Assembly: GCA_021813945.1 (NCBI GenBank)
Contig: JAKAJD010000001.1
Span: 137,744 to 201,743, forward strand
From: a bacterium
Lineage (GTDB): Bacteria; Patescibacteriota; Microgenomatia; Curtissbacterales; GWA2-41-24
DNA length: 64,000 nucleotides
Direction: 5' to 3'
Position numbers and translations under genes: made by a program. Below the pieces are notes generated by a model, which saw only the letters and a program-made list of their open reading frames with translations, had not been told where the DNA came from and made no database searches. The first letter of the stretch is position 1; each line of letters begins with the position of its first letter. This document shows, in pieces, positions 36,766-46,819 of the stretch.

Positions 36766-37444
36766 CTAATAATTGACGCCTCGACCTGCCCGACAAAATA
36801 CCAACATCTAAAAAATCCCGATCGTGAGGGCTTAGCCCTTCAAGGGAATTGACTAAGTCCTCATAGGCTTTTATGGAATCCGAAAGATCAGCGGCAGGGA
36901 AGTGCTCAAGCCCTACCTTTAACATAACTCCGAAGGTTCGAACAGGTGAGATTAAAGCCCTAGAAGGTACTGGGTAAGTACAGTGAGCGATAAAAGGGTC
37001 TACATCCACCAGATAAACATTTTCTTCACCCTCTCCAATCCTATGGCCGTACATAAATTGGTCAAACCTAAGGTCGGCAAGAAAAGTGGTGCGGTCGCGA
37101 TTTTTGTCCCGGAAATATCCCGCCAAGCCCCGATAAAAAGCGTTAAGTTTGGCATCAGAAATATCTGTTGCGTCCATAAGCTGCTGTCCATGGATTCTAT
37201 CCACAATTGTCATTATTCCGGCTGTAGTTCTAACTAATCTGATTTCCGGCACGTTAACCCCATAACTGGCAAGCTTTTTATGTTCGGCTTGGCCGCGCGC
37301 ATAGTAGTCTGTATCAAACTCTTGGCCCAAAAACGGCATTCTTACTACAAAACGCGGCTCTGCCGCAAAACCCCTTACTTTAATGGTTCTTGGCAACGTG
37401 TCCAGAACCGGGGCTAAGAAAGGTAGCTTATCAATTTCAAGCAT
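36746..37444 (-). CDS. hypothetical protein, possibly protein-kinase-like/phosphotransferase fold
   Basis: The segment LADLRFDQFMYG...NVYLVDVDPF resembles the catalytic-loop and DFG-like regions of APH/kinase-like proteins. This is a weak call. Confidence 0.5.
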   Translation of the reverse strand: MLEIDKLPFLAPVLDTLPRTIKVRGFAAEPRFVVRMPFLGQEFDTDYYARGQAEHKKLASYGVNVPEIRLVRTTAGIMTIVDRIHGQQLMDATDISDAKLNAFYRGLAGYFRDKNRDRTTFLADLRFDQFMYGHRIGEGEENVYLVDVDPFIAHCTYPVPSRALISPVRTFGVMLKVGLEHFPAADLSDSIKAYEDLVNSLEGLSPHDRDFLDVGILSGRSRRQLLASGRGN

Positions 37445-37474
37445 GTTGCGGATTATATCAAAATTTGAATATTA

Positions 37475-38251
37475 CTAGTTTTCCTCGCGGGCCGCTTTTA
37501 TTTTCTTAATCTCTTGGTTTAAATATGCTACTCTAGTAGGGTGTAAAACTACCGTTTCTCCAAAGCCAAGAGATTTGCCGTCTCTAGAAAAAAATTCACA
37601 TTTTCCAAAAGACCAAGTCCCAGAAACTGCACCTTCCGGGGGAATCACACAACTGACAAGATCCACAAAAAATGGTTCTCTGCCCTGGTCGATTAAAGCT
37701 TCAAGATCCAAATCCTTACCGCCTTTAGCATCGCTCTGCTCAGCTCCAAACATAATTTGCGCAAATCTCTCCCTGGGTTTCAGCCGCTTTTTATTAGCAA
37801 GAAGTTCTGGCACTTGCCCAATTTTTAGGCTGTAATCATGTGCAGTGCCTTGGCTTGGCATTAACGCGGAACGTACATTAAATAAAAGCCCCTTCCTCTT
37901 TTTTGTATCCAGGGCCTGTAGAAATTCAACCCACGCTTCAGGTGTAAGTGGCAAAGAATCTATAGCTTCGACGCTTCTGCCTACCTCTGCTTTAATTTCT
38001 GCGGTATTTGGATTTTTATGCCTAATAGCATAATGATAAGCATATCGTACAGCTGTCTTTTCGGCTTTAATTGCGCGTTCGTCCCAAAGTATCAAAGAGG
38101 CCAGGGGAGTTTCGGGATCCAAAGTTGAAATAACTGCTCCTGCGGCACGTGCAAGTTCGTTTGTGATGATATGTTCGGAAGCTTCCTCTGGTACAGGTTT
38201 ACCAGAATCCCTGTCTGTCATGCGCTGGATTGTACCACTCGATCCGAGCAA
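37475..38251 (-). CDS. hypothetical protein (higher-GC island gene 1)
   Basis: 258 aa with no known domain. Tightly spaced with the downstream genes on the same strand. Confidence 0.55.
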   Translation of the reverse strand: MLGSSGTIQRMTDRDSGKPVPEEASEHIITNELARAAGAVISTLDPETPLASLILWDERAIKAEKTAVRYAYHYAIRHKNPNTAEIKAEVGRSVEAIDSLPLTPEAWVEFLQALDTKKRKGLLFNVRSALMPSQGTAHDYSLKIGQVPELLANKKRLKPRERFAQIMFGAEQSDAKGGKDLDLEALIDQGREPFFVDLVSCVIPPEGAVSGTWSFGKCEFFSRDGKSLGFGETVVLHPTRVAYLNQEIKKIKAAREEN

Positions 38252-38274
38252 TAGTCAAACTATGGGACAAAGAA

Positions 38275-39147
38275 TTAGCCGATCTTAATAAGGACAACTC
38301 CTAAAATCATGATTGCGGTTGAAATCCAAACATGTTTTGGCGGTTTTTCCTTGAAAAAGACGATGCTCAAAATCAAAATAAAAAATATCTGAAGCCGTTT
38401 AACCGCCATCGCAAGTGCAACTGGTCCGCTTACAAATGAATAAAATACCAGAAAAGAAACTGCTAAAAACAGAAGGCTGTTTAACGCCAAAAGCCTAAAA
38501 TTATTCTTTATTTCCACAAACCAAGTATCTTTCTGGCGCTTTATGAGAAATAGAAGTAAAAGGAAAGACATAGTTGTTTGCTCGAAAAGCATCACAATTA
38601 CCGGACTATTCGGCTGCGAATTTGTAATGCCCATCTTGTCGAAAACAGAAGTAATGCTTCCGAGCATGATTGCAAAAATGTAAATCAGCGAAGATTTTGT
38701 GGTGAAAAGGATTTTAAAAGGTGCCAAAAAGCTTTCTTTTGCCATGTCCAAGTTTAAAAAATAAGAACCTACAACTATCGTCGATAATCCCAAAACCGGA
38801 ATAGGCCTTAGCGTTTCGGACAAAAGAACCAGTCCAAAAATGTATGTAAAAAATCCTGCGAAAGCAGTCAGTGGAAAGACTTTAGAGACAAGGTTTTGCT
38901 TTAAAGTTTCATTAATAATCGTTTTTGCGAAAACAAAAGAAAACGCGGATCCAAAAACTCCGATAAAAAACAATTTGTTCAAGCTAGGAATTCCGCTAAA
39001 AAGTACAATCGCCAAAACAATGGGCAAAGTTAGCGCAAAAAGCGACCAGGTTAAAACGGCTGCGCTTACCCTATGGAGCAATTTTTTATTTAAAATAACG
39101 TCAAACGCACCCAAAATTGCCGACCCAAACGCAAACCAAAACCACAT
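38275..39147 (-). CDS. EamA/DMT family transporter
   Basis: 290 aa, 10 TM helices arranged as two 5-TM EamA repeats. Confidence 0.8.
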   Translation of the reverse strand: MWFWFAFGSAILGAFDVILNKKLLHRVSAAVLTWSLFALTLPIVLAIVLFSGIPSLNKLFFIGVFGSAFSFVFAKTIINETLKQNLVSKVFPLTAFAGFFTYIFGLVLLSETLRPIPVLGLSTIVVGSYFLNLDMAKESFLAPFKILFTTKSSLIYIFAIMLGSITSVFDKMGITNSQPNSPVIVMLFEQTTMSFLLLLFLIKRQKDTWFVEIKNNFRLLALNSLLFLAVSFLVFYSFVSGPVALAMAVKRLQIFFILILSIVFFKEKPPKHVWISTAIMILGVVLIKIG

Positions 39148-39251
39148 ACTAAAAATTATAGCAATCGGATAAGCTAAAACCCAGTAAAATTAATAGCATC
39201 GCAATTTAAACCGTAGACTAAAACAAAAACTACAGATATAATAACTGCTCA

Positions 39252-40712
39252 ATGACTAGGCTAAGCCCCAAACGCTTGCCTGCCCGAGTAGTAAAAAACA
39301 ATAAAAAGAAATTTCTAAGATTCTACTCACGTTACACAACAGTTGTTAAAAAGCGTCCGGTAACATCTTTTCTTTTCGCACTGGGTCTGCTTCTTATAAT
39401 AATCATAATCGGTGACTTGGCAGCCAGGCCCAAAAACATTCCAGCAGCCGAAGCACAGCCCAAAGTTGTCAAAGTTTTTTCTATCGGCAAGGCCCCGACC
39501 GTTACGGTTCAAGCTCAAATCCAAAAAGACGGAGTCATCAATATTGTTGCCCAAACACCGGGAATTGTCCAAAACATTGCCGTTAAAGAAGGCGATTCCG
39601 TTTCCCGAGGCACAAATCTTGTTTCCCTTTCTTCAAACTACCAGGGCGGCAACGCCGCGTCCCTTTCCAGGCAGCTTGCCGAGACTCAATACAATAATGT
39701 AAAAGAAACTTTCGACCAGCAAAAAGGCATAATCCAAAAGCAGCGTGATCTGGCAAACGCAAATGCCGACAATACAGATGAGCTTAGAAAAATTTCCGAG
39801 AAAAACCGCGACGACATAAGCTCCCTTATCAGTTTTAACAACGGGATACTGGATACACTAAATGCAAACCTTCAGAAGCTTAAAGACACCAATGTCGGCG
39901 GCGCAAACGATTCCCTAATTTTGGCAACACAACAGCAAATATCCTCGTTTTCCGCGGCAAATGCCCAACTTAACGCCCAGGAAAGAGGGCTCAGCTTTTC
40001 TACTAATACCGACAACCCTCCAACCAAACTGGCAAATATTACAAAAGACATGACTTTAGCCCAGCTCGATATTGCCGAAAAAGCGCTGGATCTTTCCAAA
40101 AAAATCTCCGAAATCCAGTTGCGCCTTGCCCAGGTAAACGAAGCCCAAATGTTTCCGGCATCACCTGCTTTTGGGGTAGTCCAAAAGGTAAATGTTCATG
40201 TTGGCCAGTCGGTAACACCTGGTACTTTGCTTGTTGTAATCTACTCCCAAGCAGGAAATGTAACAGCCAATGCAAAAGTCACACGCCTTATTGCCCAGTC
40301 AGTTTCCCAAATAGAAAACAGCGATCTTACGGTAGGCGACAAGACCTTTTCCCAAACGCCGACATTTGTTTCGACTCAGGCAACGGACGGCCAGCTTTAC
40401 TCGGTGATTTACCAGATTCCCGAAGAGTTTCGCGACGCGGTTTCCAACCTGGGCTTTATCAAGGTTGAAATACCGATCTCAAGCTCCCTCACTAATTCCG
40501 TTATTCCCTATATACCTTTGGATTCTATCTACCAGACGCAGGAATCGGCCTACGTATATATTGTTCAAAACGAAAAAGCAGAGTCTAAAAAAGTAGATCT
40601 CGGGCAAGTTTTGGGTGGCAATGTCGAGATAAAATCAGGCCTTTCGGAAGGCGACCAGATCATCTTAAACAGGAACGTTGTAGCAGGGGATAGCGTAAAA
40701 ATCGAAATATAA
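39252..40712 (+). CDS. efflux RND transporter periplasmic adaptor (membrane fusion protein)
   Basis: N-terminal anchor, long coiled-coil, and beta-barrel/lipoyl-like C-terminal part. Immediately precedes the RND permease. Confidence 0.7.
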   Translation: MTRLSPKRLPARVVKNNKKKFLRFYSRYTTVVKKRPVTSFLFALGLLLIIIIIGDLAARPKNIPAAEAQPKVVKVFSIGKAPTVTVQAQIQKDGVINIVAQTPGIVQNIAVKEGDSVSRGTNLVSLSSNYQGGNAASLSRQLAETQYNNVKETFDQQKGIIQKQRDLANANADNTDELRKISEKNRDDISSLISFNNGILDTLNANLQKLKDTNVGGANDSLILATQQQISSFSAANAQLNAQERGLSFSTNTDNPPTKLANITKDMTLAQLDIAEKALDLSKKISEIQLRLAQVNEAQMFPASPAFGVVQKVNVHVGQSVTPGTLLVVIYSQAGNVTANAKVTRLIAQSVSQIENSDLTVGDKTFSQTPTFVSTQATDGQLYSVIYQIPEEFRDAVSNLGFIKVEIPISSSLTNSVIPYIPLDSIYQTQESAYVYIVQNEKAESKKVDLGQVLGGNVEIKSGLSEGDQIILNRNVVAGDSVKIEI

Positions 40713-40722
40713 AACATGTACT

Positions 40723-43700
40723 ATGCCGGATATAGCCAGAAGCCTCAAGACTCTAAAGTTCGATAGAAAGCTAAAGGATACTTTTACCGCCCGTTACCTT
40801 TCAAATCCAAGGTTAGTAATTCTAATTCTGCTTTTTATTGTAACTATTGGGATCACTTCCTTTTTGGCACTTCCCAGAAACCTTAATCCGTCTGTAAATA
40901 TCCCGATTGTTTTTGTGCAGACAATTTTGCCCGGTGCCAACCCCGGCGACATTGAACAGTTGGTAACCGTTCCGCTGGAAGAACCAATACGTGCGGTTGA
41001 AAATGTTAAAACGGTCACATCTTCCTCGGTCCAGTCCGCCTCGGCAATCACCATAGAATTCCGCTCCGGAACCGATGTTGAAAAAGCCCGCTCCGATGTC
41101 CAGGCTGCAGTCCAGTCTGTGACAACTTTGCCTAAAGATGCGCAAACCCCAAAAGTCATGAAACTGGATTTTGAAAATACACCGGTTTTAATTTTCGACT
41201 TAACCACCCAAAAAGATGAAGGGTCGCTTTTCAGGTTTTCAAAGGATCTCGAAAAGAAGCTTAAAAATCTTTCACAGGTTTCAAGCGTTGCAATAAGCGG
41301 CTTGGAGCAAAGCGAAGTCCAAATAGAAATTAAACCCGAAGCCCTGTCTTCTTACAATATTAGCCCGCTTCAACTTATGCCTATAGTTCAATCGGCACTT
41401 AAAGCATATCCGCTTGGGGCAATCCAAACAGAAAACAGCAGTTTCCAGCTTTCAATTGACCCTCAGGTAACAACTGTCCAGGACATAAGAAACCTTAGGA
41501 TAAACTTTCAGGGAACTAATATTGCGCTTGGTGATATTGCCAAAATAAGCGAACACTCTTCTCCGGGCCAAAGCGAATCTTACCTGCTTTACAAAAACGG
41601 CGAAAGAGAAAGGGCGGTCTCTTTCAGTGTTTTTAAAAGCAAATCCACAAACATCGACACTGCAGTTGCCAAATCGGAAGAGCTAATCGCAAAAGAACTT
41701 TCTAAAAACCCGCAGTTTAAGCGCTCAACCATCCTAAATACTTCGGAAGAAATAAATGACCAATTCGCCGAACTTCAAAAAGATTTCACAATAACAATTA
41801 TTTTGGTCGTTTTGGTGTTATTTATTTTCCTTGGCACAAGGCAGGCTTTGGTTTCGGCGCTTTCAGCACCTTTAAGCTTTCTTATTACCTTTATCGTAAT
41901 GCGCGCAACCGGAATAACCTTAAATTTCCTATCGCTCTTTTCCCTGATTCTGGCTCTCGGGCTTTTGGTCGACGACACCGTAGTTGTGATGAGTGCTATG
42001 ACTTCCTATTACAAAACTGGTCGTTTTACACCGCTTCAAACCGGGCTTTTGGTCTGGCGCGATTTTCTAATTCCGGTTTTGACAACCACAATAACTACCA
42101 TTTGGGCTTTTCTCCCGCTTCTTATGTCGTCCGGCATAATCGGTGAGTTTATTAAATCCATGCCCATTGTTGTTTCAACTGCGCTTGCGGCATCGTTTTT
42201 GGTCAGCATTTTCCTAACACTCCCGCTAATTATTATTTTGCTGGAAGGAAACTACCCAAGGCGCGTCAAAATTCTAGTAATTGCCACAATCGTAGTAGCG
42301 TTAATTGGATTTTTCGCCGTAATTATTCCTAAAAATATTTTTGGGCTTTTTGCAATCCTGGCTTTGGTTTTGTTTTTGTCTGTTACATCTGTTGTCAAAA
42401 ATCAAATCATTGTCAAAGTAAAAACTAACTTCAAAAAATCCAAAATTGTTAAAAAAATAGATTTCTCGACAATAAACCACGGTATTTTGAGCTTTGACAT
42501 AATCCATAAGCGCTACGTCACTATAATCGAGAGCGTATTAATCTCTAAAACAACGCGTTTTAAGGTAATCGGCATGGTTGTTATTTTGCTTATCTTCTCC
42601 GTCTCACTTCTGGTTTTTGGTTTCGTTAAAAATGAATTTTTCCCAAGGACCGATCAGGATACTATCTATATGACATTGGAACTTCCCCCCGGTACAAAAC
42701 TGGATGTCGCGCGCCAAAAAACTGAAGCCGTCTTGGCGGATTTAAAAGATACCCCAGAGCTCAAATTCGCAACTGCCGATATTGGCAGGACTTTTTCGCA
42801 AATGGGTTCATCTGCCGCCGGCCAAAATAATGTACTTTTTACAATTAACTTAACAAAGCACAAGAAAAGACACATTGCCTCTTTTGATATTGCCCAAAAA
42901 GTTAGGCAGAAATTCGCAAATTACAAGGACGGGATAATAAAAGTGCAGGAAGTAAGTGGCGGCCCTTCCGCGGGTGCCGATGTCCAGATAAAACTTTTAG
43001 GCAGTGATCTTTCCGAGTTGGATAATTACGCGAATAAAGTAGAGGAATACCTAAAGACCCAAAACGGAGTGACAAATGTAGACAAAACTATAAAAGCCGG
43101 AACAAGCAAGCTGGTTTTTGTACCGGACACCACTCAGCTTGCCCAAAACCAAATCAGTATTGACCAGATTGCCCTATACCTGAGAACTTATGGAGCCGGT
43201 TTTTCCGTCGATAAAAATAAATTTGCAGGGGAAACAGAAAACAAAGATATTACCCTAAGGTTTAATTCCCAGACGGAAGACGCAAAATCCATTTATTCAA
43301 TAAACATTCCGGCAAACGGTACAAGTGTGCCGTTTTCATCTCTCGGTAAGCTGATTCTGGAACCGAACCCAACCATCATTACCCGCGAAGACGGTAACAG
43401 AACAATCTCTGTTACGGCGTCTGTGCTTCCGGGGTACAATCCGCAGGCGATTAACGCAAAACTCGGCCAGTTTGCCGATTCGAAATTGAATCTCGCCGAA
43501 GGCTACAGCTGGAAAACAGGTGGCGCGAACGAGGAAAACCAGAAATCCGTCCAGTCTATTCTACAGGCAATGGTAATTTCTTTCCTTTTAATCGTCACAA
43601 CTATGGTTTTGCAATTTGCCTCATTCAGGAGAGCTTTGATAGTCATGCTTGTTATTCCGCTTTCGGTATCCGGAGTTTTCATAATTTTTGCCCTCACCCA

Positions 43701-44037
43701 CACAAGCCTTACATTCCCGGCGCTTGTAGGTGTCATGGCACTTTTTGGAATTGTCGTAAAAAATTCTATTTTGGTTGTGGATAAAATTGTCAAAAACCAA
43801 AACCAAAAAATGCCGCTTGTAAAAGCAATCAGTGATGCTTCCGCTTCGCGTCTTGAGCCAATCGCCCTAACGTCGCTTGCCGCGATTTTAGGTCTTATTC
43901 CAATTACCCTTTCCGATCCTCTTTGGCGCGGACTTGGTGGGGCAATAATCTCCGGTCTGACATTTTCCGGCACAATCATGCTCTTTTTCATACCGGTCGT
44001 TTATTACCAAATTTTCAAAGGTGAAACCAAAAGGTAA
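40723..44037 (+). CDS. efflux RND transporter permease subunit (AcrB/HAE family)
   Basis: 1104 aa with 12 TM helices and two large periplasmic loops. Conserved TM4 region GLLVDDTVVVM. Confidence 0.9.
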   Translation: MPDIARSLKTLKFDRKLKDTFTARYLSNPRLVILILLFIVTIGITSFLALPRNLNPSVNIPIVFVQTILPGANPGDIEQLVTVPLEEPIRAVENVKTVTSSSVQSASAITIEFRSGTDVEKARSDVQAAVQSVTTLPKDAQTPKVMKLDFENTPVLIFDLTTQKDEGSLFRFSKDLEKKLKNLSQVSSVAISGLEQSEVQIEIKPEALSSYNISPLQLMPIVQSALKAYPLGAIQTENSSFQLSIDPQVTTVQDIRNLRINFQGTNIALGDIAKISEHSSPGQSESYLLYKNGERERAVSFSVFKSKSTNIDTAVAKSEELIAKELSKNPQFKRSTILNTSEEINDQFAELQKDFTITIILVVLVLFIFLGTRQALVSALSAPLSFLITFIVMRATGITLNFLSLFSLILALGLLVDDTVVVMSAMTSYYKTGRFTPLQTGLLVWRDFLIPVLTTTITTIWAFLPLLMSSGIIGEFIKSMPIVVSTALAASFLVSIFLTLPLIIILLEGNYPRRVKILVIATIVVALIGFFAVIIPKNIFGLFAILALVLFLSVTSVVKNQIIVKVKTNFKKSKIVKKIDFSTINHGILSFDIIHKRYVTIIESVLISKTTRFKVIGMVVILLIFSVSLLVFGFVKNEFFPRTDQDTIYMTLELPPGTKLDVARQKTEAVLADLKDTPELKFATADIGRTFSQMGSSAAGQNNVLFTINLTKHKKRHIASFDIAQKVRQKFANYKDGIIKVQEVSGGPSAGADVQIKLLGSDLSELDNYANKVEEYLKTQNGVTNVDKTIKAGTSKLVFVPDTTQLAQNQISIDQIALYLRTYGAGFSVDKNKFAGETENKDITLRFNSQTEDAKSIYSINIPANGTSVPFSSLGKLILEPNPTIITREDGNRTISVTASVLPGYNPQAINAKLGQFADSKLNLAEGYSWKTGGANEENQKSVQSILQAMVISFLLIVTTMVLQFASFRRALIVMLVIPLSVSGVFIIFALTHTSLTFPALVGVMALFGIVVKNSILVVDKIVKNQNQKMPLVKAISDASASRLEPIALTSLAAILGLIPITLSDPLWRGLGGAIISGLTFSGTIMLFFIPVVYYQIFKGETKR

Positions 44038-44047
44038 AAAAGCTGAT

Positions 44048-44704
44048 TTATCTGTCAAAAGGTAGCTTTAATGCTTGGACAATCGGGCTTTTGGCTGCCC
44101 GCCTCAAAACTCCGTCCAGTCCTAACCTGGAAAGGGTGCGAACAATTGTTTCTCGCATCACAAATTTTCTTTCCGCAGAAGAGCGGGCAAATGTTTCCAA
44201 AAATCTTATATAATGGGGCCTGTTATATTCCGCACCAAGCACGTCTTCGGTACTGATTAAACGAACCTCGGCTTCTTGATAAGTTGCTACTCTCTTAAGA
44301 TGCGTTCTGTTAGCTATACTTGCTATATTGCCCCAACCATTTCTATTTGCCAAATCTAAAAATAGTTCAACCTCGCCTTTTGTGTCCCCAACATCCGAAG
44401 CCCCTGTTTCTTTCGCCAAATCATCAAATGTAACAATGTCTACTGGATCCACGGATCGTTTAATAAGATTATCTTTCATCACAGCAGACAGTGTTGGTTT
44501 ATCCTTGCCCCAAACATGGCCTATTCCCAGAAAAATCTTAGCTACTTCTCCTTCTCTATACATACTGGCAACAGCGGCCATTTGCATATGGCCTCGAAGC
44601 GATAAAACGTGCCTTTCCGGGTTGTAGGGGGACATATAAGAATGTACTAGTAGGGCGTCATATCTTTCAGTCATAAGAACGGCCATTATAGCAGAAAATT
44701 TCAC
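44048..44704 (-). CDS. hypothetical protein (possibly DUF218/YdcF-like)
   Basis: 218 aa. Overlaps the upstream gene by 4 nt, suggesting an operon. Confidence 0.45.
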   Translation of the reverse strand: MKFSAIMAVLMTERYDALLVHSYMSPYNPERHVLSLRGHMQMAAVASMYREGEVAKIFLGIGHVWGKDKPTLSAVMKDNLIKRSVDPVDIVTFDDLAKETGASDVGDTKGEVELFLDLANRNGWGNIASIANRTHLKRVATYQEAEVRLISTEDVLGAEYNRPHYIRFLETFARSSAERKFVMRETIVRTLSRLGLDGVLRRAAKSPIVQALKLPFDR

Positions 44705-45420
44705 TCTCCAATTTCTTTTTTATAAAATCCTTCACCCTGGCGCCTAAAACCCATCCTTAAAGCTGTGACATCGTATCTCATTTTGAAGCGTTCCACTTCA
44801 TCTTTATTGGTATTATCCAACCCGAGGTTATATTTGCCCGGTAAGATATAAACCGGCCCTGCCTTACTTTTCTGGGCCCAGTCCACTACCAGCCCCACAA
44901 GAGCCCGCTCCCATTTTAATTTCGAAAGAGCATCCGTTGCTTCAGGAAAAGCAGCTTCGTTATCATAATTCCAAGTTCCAGGACCCTGCAGTTGGACAAT
45001 CAGAGGTTTGTCTGGTTCGTAGTCGGTTTCAATCTCTTCATCAGCTAGCATAGACCGGTATTCAGAAGCAATTCTTGCAGTAGCGATGCTGGCAACGGCA
45101 ATCCATAAAGGCCTATTTACCCCAGGTTTTTGATAACCCAAGGCAAATGAAAAATTTCCATCGACATTAAAATGGCCTTGTCCTTGAGATGTAATAGCCT
45201 GCCATCCTTTCGATAAAAAACTTAAAAGTACAAAGCGCCCATCGAGAATTACTCCACGTTTTGCAAAACCCCGAAGAAACTCATCTAAATCACCCCTAGT
45301 CATTTCTTCTGCGTATTGGCGCATGGAGTGTTCCATTTCCAAAGCAGCTTCTATGGATTGGCCATAATTTTCAGAAAGTAAATCTTTCATGGAGGCGTAT
45401 TGTAACAGAATGGAAAGCAT
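44701..45420 (-). CDS. hypothetical protein
   Basis: 239 aa with no known domain. Divergent from the P-loop kinase gene. Confidence 0.5.
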   Translation of the reverse strand: MLSILLQYASMKDLLSENYGQSIEAALEMEHSMRQYAEEMTRGDLDEFLRGFAKRGVILDGRFVLLSFLSKGWQAITSQGQGHFNVDGNFSFALGYQKPGVNRPLWIAVASIATARIASEYRSMLADEEIETDYEPDKPLIVQLQGPGTWNYDNEAAFPEATDALSKLKWERALVGLVVDWAQKSKAGPVYILPGKYNLGLDNTNKDEVERFKMRYDVTALRMGFRRQGEGFYKKEIGE

Positions 45421-45437
45421 TTGATATAATCTTCCCT

Positions 45438-46055
45438 ATGGTCGAAGCAACCGGAACACGCGGATCACAAACAAGTCCAGAGACTGGACCAGAAACCAAA
45501 ACCCAATACCAGCCTTTTATTTTGGTTGTTGCCGGAGCGCCTTTGCACGGTAAAACTACGCTTGCAACGGAAATGGCTGCAAGATCAAATTTAGTTCGGC
45601 TTGATGTAGACGAAGCGAGAGCAAAACTTTTCCCGAATGCAGCTGGTAAGATGCTTTCTGAAGAGCAAGAAAGGGATATTATGCTTGCGTCCTACGAGGC
45701 TGTTCACGAACAGGCTCAAAGTATTGTCGGTCAGGGTAAACCTGTTGTTATCGCGGCAGCGTACACGAGATCTACCTATCATGAAATGCTTAGAGATGTT
45801 GTTAAAAAAGCCGGAGTCCCATTGAAATTTATTCTTTTGGAATGTACAGAAGAAGAGGCATTGGCAAGGCTAACCAGGCGAAATGGCCAAGGAAGCCTTT
45901 CGAATGTGACAAATCCCGATCAGTATAGAGCCATCAGGGCTCGGTATGAAATTATGTCCCAGGCAATTCTTGTAAACTCAACCCATCTCGAAACCTCTGT
46001 ACAAGCAACAAGAAAGCTTGTCGGAGCGCACGAAATAAAACCTATAGTTGATTAA
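45438..46055 (+). CDS. P-loop NTPase / AAA_33-type kinase
   Basis: Walker A VVAGAPLHGKTTLA and a Walker B-like VVIAAAYT. The size and architecture fit small-molecule or polynucleotide kinase-like proteins. Confidence 0.7.
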   Translation: MVEATGTRGSQTSPETGPETKTQYQPFILVVAGAPLHGKTTLATEMAARSNLVRLDVDEARAKLFPNAAGKMLSEEQERDIMLASYEAVHEQAQSIVGQGKPVVIAAAYTRSTYHEMLRDVVKKAGVPLKFILLECTEEEALARLTRRNGQGSLSNVTNPDQYRAIRARYEIMSQAILVNSTHLETSVQATRKLVGAHEIKPIVD

Positions 46056-46085
46056 ATACCCATATTTTTGATATAATTTCGCGCT

Positions 46086-46799
46086 ATGAGAGAATTCGAA
46101 AGATTTCGCTTGACCGTCAAGGAACCAGCCTTAAGAGATTATTCAAGATCGGCTGCAAGAAGAGCCCAAAACTCTCATCTAGAAGAGCCGTCGGACGACG
46201 ATCTTTTTAGGATACAAAATGCTGCAGACGGCGTCGGAGAGCTAAATTTTACAGCTTCAATTTTTGAAGATTCCCAAAAAGCGCAAGATGTACATCAACA
46301 AAAAAGCTCAAATCCCGAAGATCCGTTCCCATATTTAAGTGCCGAAGAAAGGGTAGTAATGGATTTTTTCGTCTCTCTCCCTCACGGTATGACCCAAAGA
46401 AGAAAAGAGATGTTACTAAAAAGTATCCAAAGAAAACTGGAAGAGGCCCAAATTGAAAGAGAAGAGGATGAAGCCGGTGCTCGCAGGCAAGTACCTTTTG
46501 GGAAATTAGATCAGCAATCAGTTGCCATGCGCTTGGAAAGAAGAAATCACTATCAGGCACTAGAGGATCAGTTCAAAAAAGACAAAGAAGAAAGAGAAAA
46601 ACGAGAGCGAAAGATTGCCCCGCAAATTAAACCAAAGGAGCTAAAGCCTAATAAGAAGAAGGTACGTTCCCAAAATCGCGTCAATCACCCAAGAAAGTCC
46701 CAGCCAGTAAAACCTCATCCCAGAAAAAGATTGACATCAAAAGAACTCGAAGCGATCTTAGCCTTTATTGAATCGTCCAACCAAACTCAAGTAGCCTAA
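46086..46799 (+). CDS. hypothetical highly charged protein (E/K/R-rich, basic C-terminus)
   Basis: 237 aa with low-complexity charged repeats. Confidence 0.45.
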   Translation: MREFERFRLTVKEPALRDYSRSAARRAQNSHLEEPSDDDLFRIQNAADGVGELNFTASIFEDSQKAQDVHQQKSSNPEDPFPYLSAEERVVMDFFVSLPHGMTQRRKEMLLKSIQRKLEEAQIEREEDEAGARRQVPFGKLDQQSVAMRLERRNHYQALEDQFKKDKEEREKRERKIAPQIKPKELKPNKKKVRSQNRVNHPRKSQPVKPHPRKRLTSKELEAILAFIESSNQTQVA

Positions 46800-46819
46800 T
46801 CCAAACATCCACTGATTCT

